This document shows, one piece after another, positions 47,393 to 57,123 of a DNA stretch of 64,000 bases. Each line of letters begins with the position of its first letter. The stretch's first letter is position 1. The stretch lies in the IMG/VR virus record IMGVR_UViG_3300042508_000221, positions 10,091 through 74,090 of that record; one strand, 5' to 3'. The translations under genes were made by a program, and so were the position numbers. This stretch comes from a virus. The notes below the pieces were generated by a model, which did no database searches, was not told where the DNA came from, and saw only the letters and a program-made list of their open reading frames with translations.

Positions 47393-48117
47393 TGGGCATC
47401 ACAAAAGCCGACTTAGACGCACAGCGTGCCATGCTGAAGCGTGGCGAAGAGAGGCGAAGAGCAGCCAAGCAGGAGAAAGAACGCGAGCGACTCCGCGACA
47501 CGTTCGCCGCTGCGGCGTTGACGGGGCTGCTTTCACGCTCCATCGCGCCAGAACAGGCGATGAGCCAATACGTTCGCATAGCAGCAGCCTATGCCGACGC
47601 TATGCTCCGCGAGCGTGAGCGAACAAATCATGACGCTGTGCCGGAAGCGATAGCCTATCCATCTGAATCCTCCGTTCCACGGGGGAATGGGGGCGGATGC
47701 GGCGGGACTGATAAACCCGTTACGCTACCCGCTATGGGCACCGGCGACATTCCAGTTTCCAGAACGCGAGGACGGGTAGGCACGATACTATCCGAGGCCG
47801 AAATCGACGCTCTGGAATACGTCGCCGAGGAGGGACGCATCGCCAGCATGGATGATTACGGCATCCTGCGGTCGCTGCTCGTCAGGGTGCGGCCGGAATG
47901 GGAGAGCCAATCGTATGAGAAAAACGACGAAAAACGCACGAACGCTGCTATGAATCGGGACGCTACACCGAGCGAGGGTAGTGTGCAGGGCGAGGGTGCG
48001 CTCACTGACGCGGAGCGAGAGGCGATTTCATTTTTTGCTACGTTACGCGGCGGCGACTTTGATTCCTGCCTACCGCGCGCCGCCACCCTCCGAGAACTGC
48101 TGGAGAGACTGAAGTGA
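47392..48117 (+). CDS. Mosaic hypothetical protein
   Basis: LRDTFAAAALTGLL...AY.DAML segment plus C-terminal module shared with 48688..49077. Confidence 0.6.
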   Translation: MGITKADLDAQRAMLKRGEERRRAAKQEKERERLRDTFAAAALTGLLSRSIAPEQAMSQYVRIAAAYADAMLRERERTNHDAVPEAIAYPSESSVPRGNGGGCGGTDKPVTLPAMGTGDIPVSRTRGRVGTILSEAEIDALEYVAEEGRIASMDDYGILRSLLVRVRPEWESQSYEKNDEKRTNAAMNRDATPSEGSVQGEGALTDAEREAISFFATLRGGDFDSCLPRAATLRELLERLK

Positions 48118-49385
48118 AAACAAAGCCCGTAGCATGGCGTGTAACAAGCGAAGGCCAGTCGTACATCTACTACACCAAATCAGAAGCGATGTTTTGGGCC
48201 GATTTTAAAGCTGGCTACAGTACCACTCCTGTTCTGGTGAGTCCGCTGTTCGCCGGAGATTCAAAAGAGTTCGCGCCGCGAGCCGCAAAACGACGGAAGC
48301 CAGTAAAGCTGTGGATCAGAAAGGTCATGTGGTAGGAGGAATTATGAGACTTCAACACGCTGGGTCATGCGATGAATGCGGAACCAACACTGGGCCGTTC
48401 GTCCACTTCGGAGGTGGAACGATGGCGTCCGAGGATTGCTTGATTTGTATGCCGTGCATTTACGCTGCATACAGGTCTACGCACTTGCTGACGATGGTGA
48501 ATGGGCCGATGGCAGGAATGCGAATGGACGCATCTACGGAGAAGATGAAGCCATTCGTAGACACAAATGGGCGAGTGTATTGGTACGAACTCTCCGATTG
48601 GAGTAGGGAAGGCGAAAACACTCCCCACTGCGTGTGGCTGTTTCGCGGCGAGACTGACTCCTACTCAAAACCACCAGAGGTGAAGAGATGAGCAAACCCG
48701 TCGCCTACGCTGCCGTTGCTGCTGATGGCAGCGAATCTGTCTATGTTGCGAGTCTCAAGGAACAGGCGGAGGAATGCTGCCGAGAGAACGGGTGGTTTCT
48801 TTCGCCTCTCTACGCTGCTCCTCCGACATGGCAAGAGGAGGTAGCCGCAGTCGAAGCCGCGTTTGAGAGAAGCGGCGTGCAGCCGACATGGCCCGATGAC
48901 GAGGCGGGGAATGTCGGGCCGATGGCCGAAGCAATGGCAGATGATATTGAGCGTCTGCGACTCGCCGCCGATGAGCGTGAGGCGATTGCATTTTTTGCTG
49001 AGTTACGCGGCGGCGACTTTGATTCTTGCTTACCGCACGCCGTCACGCTTCGCAACCTGCTGGAGCGACTCAAATGACCCAAAACGACGACACGTCACCG
49101 AAACCTGTCGCCGCCAGCGACATCGTCGCCGACGCACGGCAGTGGCTCGCGGACATCGGCGGCGAGCGTTTGCAAACGCACTCTGATAACTGTCACCAGT
49201 GGCACTCGACGTGCCTCGTCGGAAAGCTGATCAGAGAGATCGAGGTGCAGCGGGCCTGCACGGCGGCGGGTCGCGACGAGATTACGCGACTACGCGATCT
49301 CGTCGATGGCCTGGGTGCCGCCATCGAAACGGCCGGCTACATCTACCGCAACACCGACTCCGGCCCCAATCTTGTTCGACCGTAA
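48114..49385 (+). other. Small accessory ORFs (48114-48335, 48344-48691, 48688-49077, 49074-49385)
   Basis: Coupled ORFs; KPVA...SPL[FY]A motif in two. Confidence 0.55.
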
Positions 49386-49422
49386 GTTCTGTTTCGTTTC
49401 ATCACTTCAAGGAGGAATCCTC

Positions 49423-49761
49423 ATGCACTGCCCCCCAGTCGACCTCAAGCACCTCACGCAGCTCTGGAAAAGCGAGATGAAGAGCGACCAGATATGCCTG
49501 GAACTCGGCGTGACTCGCGGCCACCTATACAACCTCGTCCGCAAGCACGCCCTGGGCTGCCGGCCGCCGCAGTTTAGCGCAGCCAGGAACACCGAGACCC
49601 CCGACCCCACCGAGGCCGAGATCGCCGAGCGGGCCGCCGCCATCCGCGCAACGTGGACGCCAGAAGAGCGGCGCAACCGTCTGGCGAAGTGCTACCGCCC
49701 GAAGCGGGTCGAGATCAGTAACTTTAACTTCGACCGCGAGACGTATTCTTTTTCGTCTTGA
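49423..49761 (+). CDS. HTH-like regulator, copy 1
   Basis: L..LW....SDQIC.ELGV; DPTEAEI.ERAA.IRA.W; GGAGG RBS. Confidence 0.55.
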   Translation: MHCPPVDLKHLTQLWKSEMKSDQICLELGVTRGHLYNLVRKHALGCRPPQFSAARNTETPDPTEAEIAERAAAIRATWTPEERRNRLAKCYRPKRVEISNFNFDRETYSFSS

Positions 49762-49786
49762 CGAATAGACTACTAATACCCACAAT
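49758..49786 (+). promoter_or_regulatory. Sigma70-like promoter
   Basis: TTGACG-N17-CACAAT upstream of 49793. Confidence 0.45.
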
Positions 49787-49792
49787 CAAGGG

Positions 49793-50086
49793 ATGCAACG
49801 GAAAGCTCCTCTGGAGAAGACCATTGTTGCAAACGTCATGGCTCAAGGACGAGCCTTGGGCTTCTGGGTCACGAAGTTCCACGGGAACGCCTACACCATG
49901 TCGGGCGTGCCCGACGTGCTGATGATCAAGGACGGCAGGGCGTTTTGGCTTGAGTGCAAACGCCCAGGCGAGGAGCCGACGAAAATCCAGAATCACCGGA
50001 TGCGGGAACTCGCATCGGCAGGATGCCCCGTAGCCGTCGTTACCTCGGCGGCAGATGCACGGCATTTTCTGGAGAACGTCTCGTGA
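49793..50086 (+). CDS. VRR-NUC nuclease / Holliday junction resolvase-like
   Basis: E..I, GVPD, LECKRPG..PT..Q. Confidence 0.85.
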   Translation: MQRKAPLEKTIVANVMAQGRALGFWVTKFHGNAYTMSGVPDVLMIKDGRAFWLECKRPGEEPTKIQNHRMRELASAGCPVAVVTSAADARHFLENVS

Positions 50087-50715
50087 AGGTTGCCCTGGTG
50101 ACGAGCGTGTCGGCGAACATCGCTGAGTTGGCGTCCGTTACGGTGCCAAATAAGCTGGAATATTGCATCCGACACGACTACTCGCTGATTGTCGACAACC
50201 GCCCTTATGCCGAGGCTATCCGCGATATCCGCAGGGTGCTCGTCCCCCTACTTGAGGTCTACGACCTCGTCTGGACGCTGGACTGTGACGCCGTCATCAC
50301 CGACATGACGAAGCCGGTGCATACCCTGCCCTGCTTGGGCCAAGGGGTCACTGTCTGCGAGGAAGGCATCGTCGGGTGGAACAGGCTGAACTGCGGCAGC
50401 ATGGTATGGCGGGCAGGCTCGCGGTCGCGATACCTCCTTGAACGCATCGACGAGTCGGTTACCGAGTGGGCCGCCGCGCCCTGCGTCTGGCAGACGTGGC
50501 TCGGGCAGTATGCACCGGCTCTGTCTGACGAGATGACCGTCGCACCGCTGCGATCGTTCAACTCGTGCGCGTGGAACCGCCCAGGCGGCTCTAGCGGCGA
50601 CCCCGGCAGCCACTGGGAGCACGGCGATTTTGTGTTTCACCCGTGCGGCGTGTTTCCGCATGAAGAGCGGATTGGGATCATTCGATCCGTACTTGATGCG
50701 GGAGTTTCCAGATGA
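50083..50715 (+). CDS. GT34/GMA12-MNN10-like glycosyltransferase
   Basis: NK.EYC.RHDY, WTLDCD (DxD), LNCGS, W..GDFVFH. Confidence 0.7.
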   Translation: MKVALVTSVSANIAELASVTVPNKLEYCIRHDYSLIVDNRPYAEAIRDIRRVLVPLLEVYDLVWTLDCDAVITDMTKPVHTLPCLGQGVTVCEEGIVGWNRLNCGSMVWRAGSRSRYLLERIDESVTEWAAAPCVWQTWLGQYAPALSDEMTVAPLRSFNSCAWNRPGGSSGDPGSHWEHGDFVFHPCGVFPHEERIGIIRSVLDAGVSR

Positions 50716-51230
50716 CCGGCTGGCGTGAATTCGTCGACTTCCTTGACGACTCGCATCCGATGACGACCGACCGTCGCCACATCGCGAAGCTCTGCGAGGC
50801 CGTCGAAGGCCAAGCGTGGCGAATCCTTGAGCTAGGCAGCCACGAAGGCCGATCGGCCGCAGCGATGGCCTGGGCGGCTCCCAGAAGCACGATCACCGCC
50901 GTCGACCTGTGCGACACGGTGGCGGAGGCCATGCGGACTGTCTACTGGGCCACCCTCGGGATCACGAACATCACGCCCGTGGCGGGGAGTGCCGGCGACT
51001 TCTTGTCCGCCTGCGTGCTGGGGCAGTTCGACTTCATCTTCCACGACGCTGTCCACGGGCCTGCGGCGTTCTTTGAATATCTGGGGTGCGCTGAGATTGC
51101 CAGCGGTCTGGCGATCCACGACTTCGAGCAGTTGCCGCCTGAGATGCAGCAGGCGATCGCGGCGAAGTTCTCGCACACGGCGACCGACGCCGATGGCAAG
51201 GGGCGGGTCTTGTTCATGGGGCGGAAATGA
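50712..51230 (+). CDS. Class I SAM-dependent methyltransferase
   Basis: ILELGSHEG.S, AVD, FDFIFHDAVH, IHD. Confidence 0.8.
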   Translation: MTGWREFVDFLDDSHPMTTDRRHIAKLCEAVEGQAWRILELGSHEGRSAAAMAWAAPRSTITAVDLCDTVAEAMRTVYWATLGITNITPVAGSAGDFLSACVLGQFDFIFHDAVHGPAAFFEYLGCAEIASGLAIHDFEQLPPEMQQAIAAKFSHTATDADGKGRVLFMGRK

Positions 51231-51844
51231 CCAAGGCTCTCACCACGTTCGGATTTGGGCCGATGGCCGAGCTGCTGGACGTGGCGCTGCCGACGTTCGC
51301 GTGGTACGCGCAGAAGCACGGCTATGACCTGTTCGTCCCGTCGGGGGAGCAGTACAAGGGCATGAGCCGGCATCCTGCGTGGGGAAAGATACCGCTGATC
51401 ATCTCGCTCCTGAAGGGCGGGTATGACACGGTTCTCTGGCTGGACGCCGATGTTGCCGTCGTCAGGCACGACCGCGACATCCTTGACGATCTGCCGGCCG
51501 ACGCCCCGATGGGGCTGGTGGTGCATCACACGCCCGACGGGGCGGTGCCGAACAGCGGCGTATGGATCGTGCGAAAAGAGGCCGTCGAGCTGCTCGAAAG
51601 CCTCTGGCCGCTGAACGGGTTCGACCGCTCGGGCTGCTGGTGGGAGCAGGCGGCTCTGATCGCAGCCCTCGGCGGCGACCCCGACGCCAAGCAGGTCGAA
51701 GTACCCGCGGGCAGGGCATGGGCGGAACTGCCGTATGAGTGGAATCCGCACTGCCGCGACCCCAGGGGTGTAGCGGCTTGTCGCTTCTTCCACGCCACCT
51801 GCTTCCCCGACCGTAAGGCCGCCATGATCGAGGCGCTTCGATGA
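51227..51844 (+). CDS. GT34-like glycosyltransferase
   Basis: YA.KHGY, W.KI, WLDAD, NSGVW, WEQAAL, WN, FFH. Confidence 0.75.
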   Translation: MTKALTTFGFGPMAELLDVALPTFAWYAQKHGYDLFVPSGEQYKGMSRHPAWGKIPLIISLLKGGYDTVLWLDADVAVVRHDRDILDDLPADAPMGLVVHHTPDGAVPNSGVWIVRKEAVELLESLWPLNGFDRSGCWWEQAALIAALGGDPDAKQVEVPAGRAWAELPYEWNPHCRDPRGVAACRFFHATCFPDRKAAMIEALR

Positions 51845-52707
51845 AACTCCGCTACCGCTCCGGCATGACGATTCGACGGCCAGAGGATTTCTGGGATGTC
51901 GACTATGTCGAGTCCTACAAGGAACACGTCGAATACGGCCGCGTCGAGGCCCGCCGGCAGAAGCTGGCGATCGTCAGCATCTGCCGCAACGCGATGCCGC
52001 ACTTGACGAACACGCTGAGGCTGGTCGACGAGCTGGCCGGATTGTGGCGTGACTGTTCTTACTACATCTACGAGAACGACTCGGCCGACGAGACCGCGGC
52101 GGTGCTGGATGACTTCGCCATCCGGCAGTGGGTCACGGTCGAGCACGACACGCTGGGGGGCGAGGATGCCCGCGGGTTTGAGCCCGAGCGGACGGCGCGG
52201 CTGGCGAAGTGCCGAGCCCGCTGCCAGGAGTGGGTTCGGAATCACGCCGCCGACGCCGGGTATGTGCTCGTGCTGGACGCCGACCCGCAGGGCGGGTTCA
52301 GTGTCGACGGCGTGCTCAACAGCCTCGGCTGGTTCTGCCAGATGCTCGGCGAGTCGTTTCATCGGCGGCAGCCGGGGGCGATGGCGAGCTACTCGCTCTT
52401 CATGCGGGAGGAGTCGCCGGGGGTGTTCGGCGCGGCCCAGTACGATGCCTGGGCCGCGAGGCCGAATCACTGGGAAGACGATCGCCAGATGGCGTGGTTC
52501 CATCTCTTCATGCCGCCCGTCGGCAGCCATCCGATCTCCATGAACTCCGCGTTCGGCGGCTTGTGCCTCTATAGCCGCGAGGCGTTCCTGGCCGGCACCT
52601 ACGAGGGCGGCGACTGCGAGCACGTCTTCCTGCACCGCTCCATGCAGCGGGCCGGCTACCAGCTTTTCTTAAACCCAGGATCGAGGTACGTCGCTCTCCT
52701 CCCATGA
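51841..52707 (+). CDS. GT-A glycosyltransferase (CAP59/GT69-like)
   Basis: YENDS.D.T, RLA.CR, LDAD, SAFGGL.LY, CEHV. Confidence 0.7.
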   Translation: MKLRYRSGMTIRRPEDFWDVDYVESYKEHVEYGRVEARRQKLAIVSICRNAMPHLTNTLRLVDELAGLWRDCSYYIYENDSADETAAVLDDFAIRQWVTVEHDTLGGEDARGFEPERTARLAKCRARCQEWVRNHAADAGYVLVLDADPQGGFSVDGVLNSLGWFCQMLGESFHRRQPGAMASYSLFMREESPGVFGAAQYDAWAARPNHWEDDRQMAWFHLFMPPVGSHPISMNSAFGGLCLYSREAFLAGTYEGGDCEHVFLHRSMQRAGYQLFLNPGSRYVALLP

Positions 52708-53060
52708 AGTTGACCGCGAACCAGAAACGGAGTTTGCGGCGTCTATGGAAGGGCGACTCGACGACAGAGGAAATCTGCGTCGAATTGGAATTCACGGTCG
52801 ACGAGCTGGCGGCGGCGGCGGCGTTCCTGGGGCTGCCGGAGCGGGCCGAGCCCGAGTTCTACCTGCCCGACGAGGCGACGATTCGCCTGGAGTGCGCCAA
52901 GATTCGCGCCAAATGGCATCCCGCCGAGAGGGAACTGCGATTGGGTAGAATAAATGTACCTACTGGAGCAGACAACGATGCTAGCGAAAGTCGAGCTGGT
53001 CATCGCTCCAAAAGAGGCTCGTCTGACGCTCTACAAAGGCGATCAGATCGTCGAGGATGA
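52704..53060 (+). CDS. HTH-like regulator, copy 2
   Basis: L.RLW....TEEIC.EL; P.EA.I...CA.IRA.W, similar to 49423..49761. Confidence 0.5.
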   Translation: MKLTANQKRSLRRLWKGDSTTEEICVELEFTVDELAAAAAFLGLPERAEPEFYLPDEATIRLECAKIRAKWHPAERELRLGRINVPTGADNDASESRAGHRSKRGSSDALQRRSDRRG

Positions 53061-53634
53061 GGTCTGGTCATTTGGCCGGCAGATCGGAAAGACCGAGGCG
53101 GCCGAGTTCGCCAGGGCTGTTTTCGACGACGCCTACGACGGGATGAATTTCATGGTGCATGGCGACGAGTGATGCCAATCGACGACGAAGACATCGACCA
53201 GCGTGAGTTTGAAAGCCGCCGCGGCAACGACTCGACGCCGTTGATGGCCCTGGTTCGCGATCAGCCTTACTCACGGGGGAAGTTGACGAGCGAGGGCCGC
53301 ACGGCCAGCCGCGAATATCAGGCATTTCTTGAAAGGAACCGCAATGGACGGAAGTGAAGAGCAGTTCGGTGCCTACGGCGGGCTGTCGCTGGTCGGCAAG
53401 ATCGCCCTGCTGGCCCAGTGGGCTCCACTCTTGGCGAAGCTCGAGGCCGTCGCCACGGCGAAGACGCCGCAGGACAGGTCGCTGGCATTGGTGGCCGCCC
53501 TCCGGCTGGCCGCCGACAAGACTGCCACCGACAAAGACAACGACGTGCTCACGCTCGTCGAGAACGTGCTCAAGACGCCCGAGGGGGCCGCCCTCGTCAA
53601 CTGGTTCGCCAACGCCGCCGGGGGGATCAAATGA
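52978..53634 (+). other. Three small ORFs (52978-53172, 53169-53357, 53344-53634)
   Basis: Coupled ORFs, no recognisable motif. Confidence 0.45.
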
Positions 53635-53900
53635 CCGTCGAGCAGATCGGAGCAGGAGCCATCGCGGCCGTGGTGGTGGCGTGGCCGAAGATCGTGCAGG
53701 CCGCCAAGTTCCTGCGGGGCGTCGTGCCTGCCGGCCCGACCCCTCCGCCGGCTCCTGTGACCTATGAGGAGGCCATCCGCAACCTTGCCCTGGTTCGGGC
53801 CCGCCTGAACGCCACGGGCTTCCTGGGCGACGAGAAGAGCCCGCAGAGGGGTGCCATCGACACACTGACGCTGGCCCTCGTGGCCGGGAGCGATAAGTAG
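53631..53900 (+). CDS. N-terminal TM protein (holin-like)
   Basis: IGAGAIAAVVVAW hydrophobic segment. Confidence 0.45.
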   Translation: MTVEQIGAGAIAAVVVAWPKIVQAAKFLRGVVPAGPTPPPAPVTYEEAIRNLALVRARLNATGFLGDEKSPQRGAIDTLTLALVAGSDK

Positions 53901-54391
53901 TGAACATCCAACCGAGGCACATCGTGGCAGGCGTGTTGCTGGTTTTCGCATGGCGAGGCGGCGAGCTGGACATGAAGTGGCCGCAGGTCACGGCTCCGGC
54001 GGCCGTCGCGAAGGTTGAGAAGCCATTGGCCGAGCATTTCGCCTGGGCGGCCGACTTGAAGCCGCTCCTGCCGAAGATGCTGCCCGCCGACCGCGAGTAC
54101 CTCTCGGCGTTCTATGACGCGACGAAGTTCGTGCTCACGCAGGACGGCGATCGGTCGACGCCGATTATCGGCGATACCGACAAGTTCACGGTGTTCCACG
54201 CCGGCTCGCTGCAACTGGCGATCCAGAGGAAGAACGTCGGCAAGTACCCCGGCCTCGACAAGGCCATCGACGCCGTGTTCTTCAACGCCGCCGGGGCCGA
54301 CGTGAAGGCAATCGATAAGGACACTCGCGAGAAGCTGATCTCGGCGTGCAACGTGCTTGCCTACGTCTTTAAGGTGGGCACCGATGGCTGA
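53900..54391 (+). CDS. Membrane-anchored/exported protein
   Basis: IVAGVLLVFAW N-terminal anchor. Confidence 0.5.
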   Translation: MNIQPRHIVAGVLLVFAWRGGELDMKWPQVTAPAAVAKVEKPLAEHFAWAADLKPLLPKMLPADREYLSAFYDATKFVLTQDGDRSTPIIGDTDKFTVFHAGSLQLAIQRKNVGKYPGLDKAIDAVFFNAAGADVKAIDKDTREKLISACNVLAYVFKVGTDG

Positions 54392-55382
54392 GTTCGACCC
54401 GGCATCGGCGTATGGCAAAGGCTTTGTCGGCTGCCGGCAAGACCCGCGGGCCGACGAGGTCTTCGCCGATTATGTCCTTCGCTACGGCGGCGACCCCAAC
54501 GGCGGCAACGTCGCGTATGACTGGGGGCTCGAGATGGCCGGGGCCGGCAAGTTGTCGACGCTCTGGCGAACGATCGAAGCGGTGTTCCCAGGGAGCCTGC
54601 CGGGGCCGGCTCAACTGTGGGGTGATTGTGTTGGGTGGGGGTGCTCTCGAGCGCTGCTCGGCAGCCTCGCCGCCGAAATCTATGACAACAAGCCCGACGA
54701 AGTTACGGGTCGACTTGAGGGCGCTCCCGAGTTGCCGGCCGAGGGTATTCGCGAATCCGTTGTCGCGGCGGAGTCGCTGTTCGCGCATCGCGGTTTTGCG
54801 GGAGACGGCTGGGTGTGTTCTGAAGCCGCGAAGGTTGCCTGCGAGAAAGGCTTCCTCATCCGCAAGCCATACCCTGATCTGAAAATCGATCTGACGCACT
54901 ACACCGAGCGGACGATCAAGCTCGGCGGCGCGACTCCCCCAGGCGAGAGCTGGCTGCGAGAGAGCAAGCAGCACGTCGCAAGGACGGCGACGTTTTTGAA
55001 GGGTAGAGAGCAGGTTCGCGATTTCCTCGCGGCCGGGTTCGGTGTGTTTAACTGTAGTTCGCTCGGATTCGAGAAGACGAGAAACGAGGACGGCGTGAGC
55101 CGTCAGGTTGGGCGATGGGCCCACAGCCAAGCGTTCGTTGGCTATGACGACAGGCCAGAGACGCACAAGAAATACGGACAGGCGCTGACTTGCTGGGCTA
55201 ATTCTTGGAACGTCTGGAACTCGGGCAGTCGCAAGGTGCTCGGCACTGAGCTTGAAATCCCGCACGGTTGCTTCTGGGCGCTCGCCGACACGATCGACAA
55301 GTGCCAGTGCATTGCACTCTCCAGCGTGGCCGGCTGGCCGCGGCGGCGGCACTCGACCTATGGAGCTGAAGGCAATGTCTAA
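54384..55382 (+). CDS. Papain-like (C1-type) cysteine peptidase
   Basis: Q..GDCVGWG (Cys), AH...VGYDD (His), NSW (Asn). Confidence 0.75.
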   Translation: MAEFDPASAYGKGFVGCRQDPRADEVFADYVLRYGGDPNGGNVAYDWGLEMAGAGKLSTLWRTIEAVFPGSLPGPAQLWGDCVGWGCSRALLGSLAAEIYDNKPDEVTGRLEGAPELPAEGIRESVVAAESLFAHRGFAGDGWVCSEAAKVACEKGFLIRKPYPDLKIDLTHYTERTIKLGGATPPGESWLRESKQHVARTATFLKGREQVRDFLAAGFGVFNCSSLGFEKTRNEDGVSRQVGRWAHSQAFVGYDDRPETHKKYGQALTCWANSWNVWNSGSRKVLGTELEIPHGCFWALADTIDKCQCIALSSVAGWPRRRHSTYGAEGNV

Positions 55383-55656
55383 GCTCGTGTTCCTCGTGAC
55401 ACTTCTGTGCGCCGGCTGCTCGAGCGCCGCTGAAGACCTTCGGCCGTTCGTCGCGGTGGCCGGCAAGTATTCGCTCATGGCTCAGGCGAAGCCGGGGCCG
55501 GCACCGTCCGATGTTTGTGGCAATTGCCGCGGCCTGGGCTACTTATCTGACGGTCGCGTGCGTAGCGAGTGCCCCGTCTGCAAAGGCACCGGCAAGATCG
55601 TCCCGTCCTCCGCACCATGCAAGGACGGCAAATGTCCGACTCCTACGAACCGCTGA
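55375..55656 (+). CDS. Predicted lipoprotein with DnaJ-type zinc finger
   Basis: Lipobox-like LLCAGC; CGNCRGLG and CPVCKGTG; C.DG.CP tail. Confidence 0.6.
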   Translation: MSKLVFLVTLLCAGCSSAAEDLRPFVAVAGKYSLMAQAKPGPAPSDVCGNCRGLGYLSDGRVRSECPVCKGTGKIVPSSAPCKDGKCPTPTNR

Positions 55657-55976
55657 AGAAATACGTCTCGCGCGCCGGCGGCATCCGGCTGTCGACGCAC
55701 CCTGCACTCCGCGATCAGCTCGTGGAATGGGCGGTCGAGGAGTTCCCGGCCGACGCGCCGCCCGAGCGGATGGAGGAAGTGCTCGCCGCTCGTTTACGCA
55801 TACGGGCTCGTGACAAGTACGGCAGTGTGATCGCCGCGATCCTCATCAGCATTCTCGCCCAACTGATCGTGAAGGCCATCGTCGCGTGGTGGAACAAACG
55901 CCACGCCCATCGGGTTCTCATGGTCGGGTGGCAGGAGCAGGCTCGTGCCAAAAAGAATCCCGACCTACCGTCCTAA
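55632..55976 (+). CDS. Membrane protein with C-terminal TM
   Basis: YGSVIAAILISILAQLIVKAIVAWW. Confidence 0.55.
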   Translation: MSDSYEPLKKYVSRAGGIRLSTHPALRDQLVEWAVEEFPADAPPERMEEVLAARLRIRARDKYGSVIAAILISILAQLIVKAIVAWWNKRHAHRVLMVGWQEQARAKKNPDLPS

Positions 55977-56238
55977 TCGTTCCCCTGCACGGGGGCAGCA
56001 GGAGCGGCCGACGGCGGCGGCTCGCGGCTACTGCACCGCGGCGTGGCGGCGCACCCGACTGGCCGTGATCGCCCGCGACATGGGCATCTGCCAGTTGTGC
56101 GGACTGCTCGTAACCGGGGAGGGCGGCGACATCGACCACATCGTCGAGAAGTCGAAAGGTGGCACCGACGCACTCAGCAATCTCAGGTTGTGCCACAGGG
56201 CGTGCCACTCGAAGCGGACGGCCCGCGACTCGTCTTAG
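55945..56238 (+). CDS. Packaging-associated HNH endonuclease (HK97 gp74-like)
   Basis: MP.R.P, RGY...W...R, CQLC, DHI....GGTD..NL, CHS.RT. Confidence 0.8.
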   Translation: MPKRIPTYRPNRSPARGQQERPTAAARGYCTAAWRRTRLAVIARDMGICQLCGLLVTGEGGDIDHIVEKSKGGTDALSNLRLCHRACHSKRTARDSS

Positions 56239-56525
56239 CGCCGCCGTTCGGCCTTCTCGCGATTGACGCGCTTCTGCGTGCCGCCGGCCGCCCCCCATGC
56301 CTTCACCATCTTCTGGTGGGCCGGCGAGCCGTATGGGTAGTAATAAGCCTTGAGCACCTCGATCTTCGACTTGTGGATCACAGGCTTGCCGAGGAACTCA
56401 TCGACGATCTTTTTGCCGGCCGCCTCCGCCCGCGACACGGCCCTGGCGAGCGTCCGCCTGGGGCAGCCGAGAGCTTCCATGACCTGCTTGATGGTCAGGT
56501 AGTCGCTGGGGTCGATGGGTTTCAT
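56235..56525 (-). CDS. HTH DNA-binding protein
   Basis: DYLT.KQV...LG..R.TL. Confidence 0.55.
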   Translation of the reverse strand: MKPIDPSDYLTIKQVMEALGCPRRTLARAVSRAEAAGKKIVDEFLGKPVIHKSKIEVLKAYYYPYGSPAHQKMVKAWGAAGGTQKRVNREKAERRR

Positions 56526-56920
56526 TAGTTCTCATCTCCTGTGCCGACGAGCACGCCCGAGATGTCCACGCTGATGTTGAGCGAAAGCTCGGGCTCGCCT
56601 TCCGGCTCCAGCGTCAAAATGATCTGCCCGACCTCAACATCGACCTCGTAGCCGATGCCGATGGTCTTGCCTTCCCACTGCGTCTCCAGGCGGTCGAGAG
56701 CCTGCGTGACACGGCCGACGATCGCCTCCGAGGTCTTCCGCTTCCGGCCGTGAGTTTCCACGATCTTGGCGTGGACGCCCTCGGCGGCAAGCTCTTCGAG
56801 CCGCACCTGGGCGGCGTCATACGAAAAACGCTCCGCACGATCAACTTCTTCAGTCCAGTCGCCTGACGCGAGGCGGAAGTGCTCGCCGGCCACATCGCTC
56901 AAAACATACTTCATCGCCAT
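56525..56920 (-). CDS. Hypothetical protein
   Basis: GAGG RBS; coupled to next gene. Confidence 0.55.
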   Translation of the reverse strand: MAMKYVLSDVAGEHFRLASGDWTEEVDRAERFSYDAAQVRLEELAAEGVHAKIVETHGRKRKTSEAIVGRVTQALDRLETQWEGKTIGIGYEVDVEVGQIILTLEPEGEPELSLNISVDISGVLVGTGDEN

Positions 56921-57123
56921 CGTCTTATCCTCTGGTTTCTATACTCTGGGGTACTGGTGACATTCTATGCGTCATGCCCATCATCTGACAATCGAAAAAA
57001 CCGCCTCTATCAAGTCGTGGACGGCCCTCGCCGCCGCGCTCTCCGACCCAAGCAATTGCCCGAGTCGGATGAGCACGAGCGTGCGAACGAGGTCATCCAT
57101 GACCAGTTTCCACGCACGGGGGT

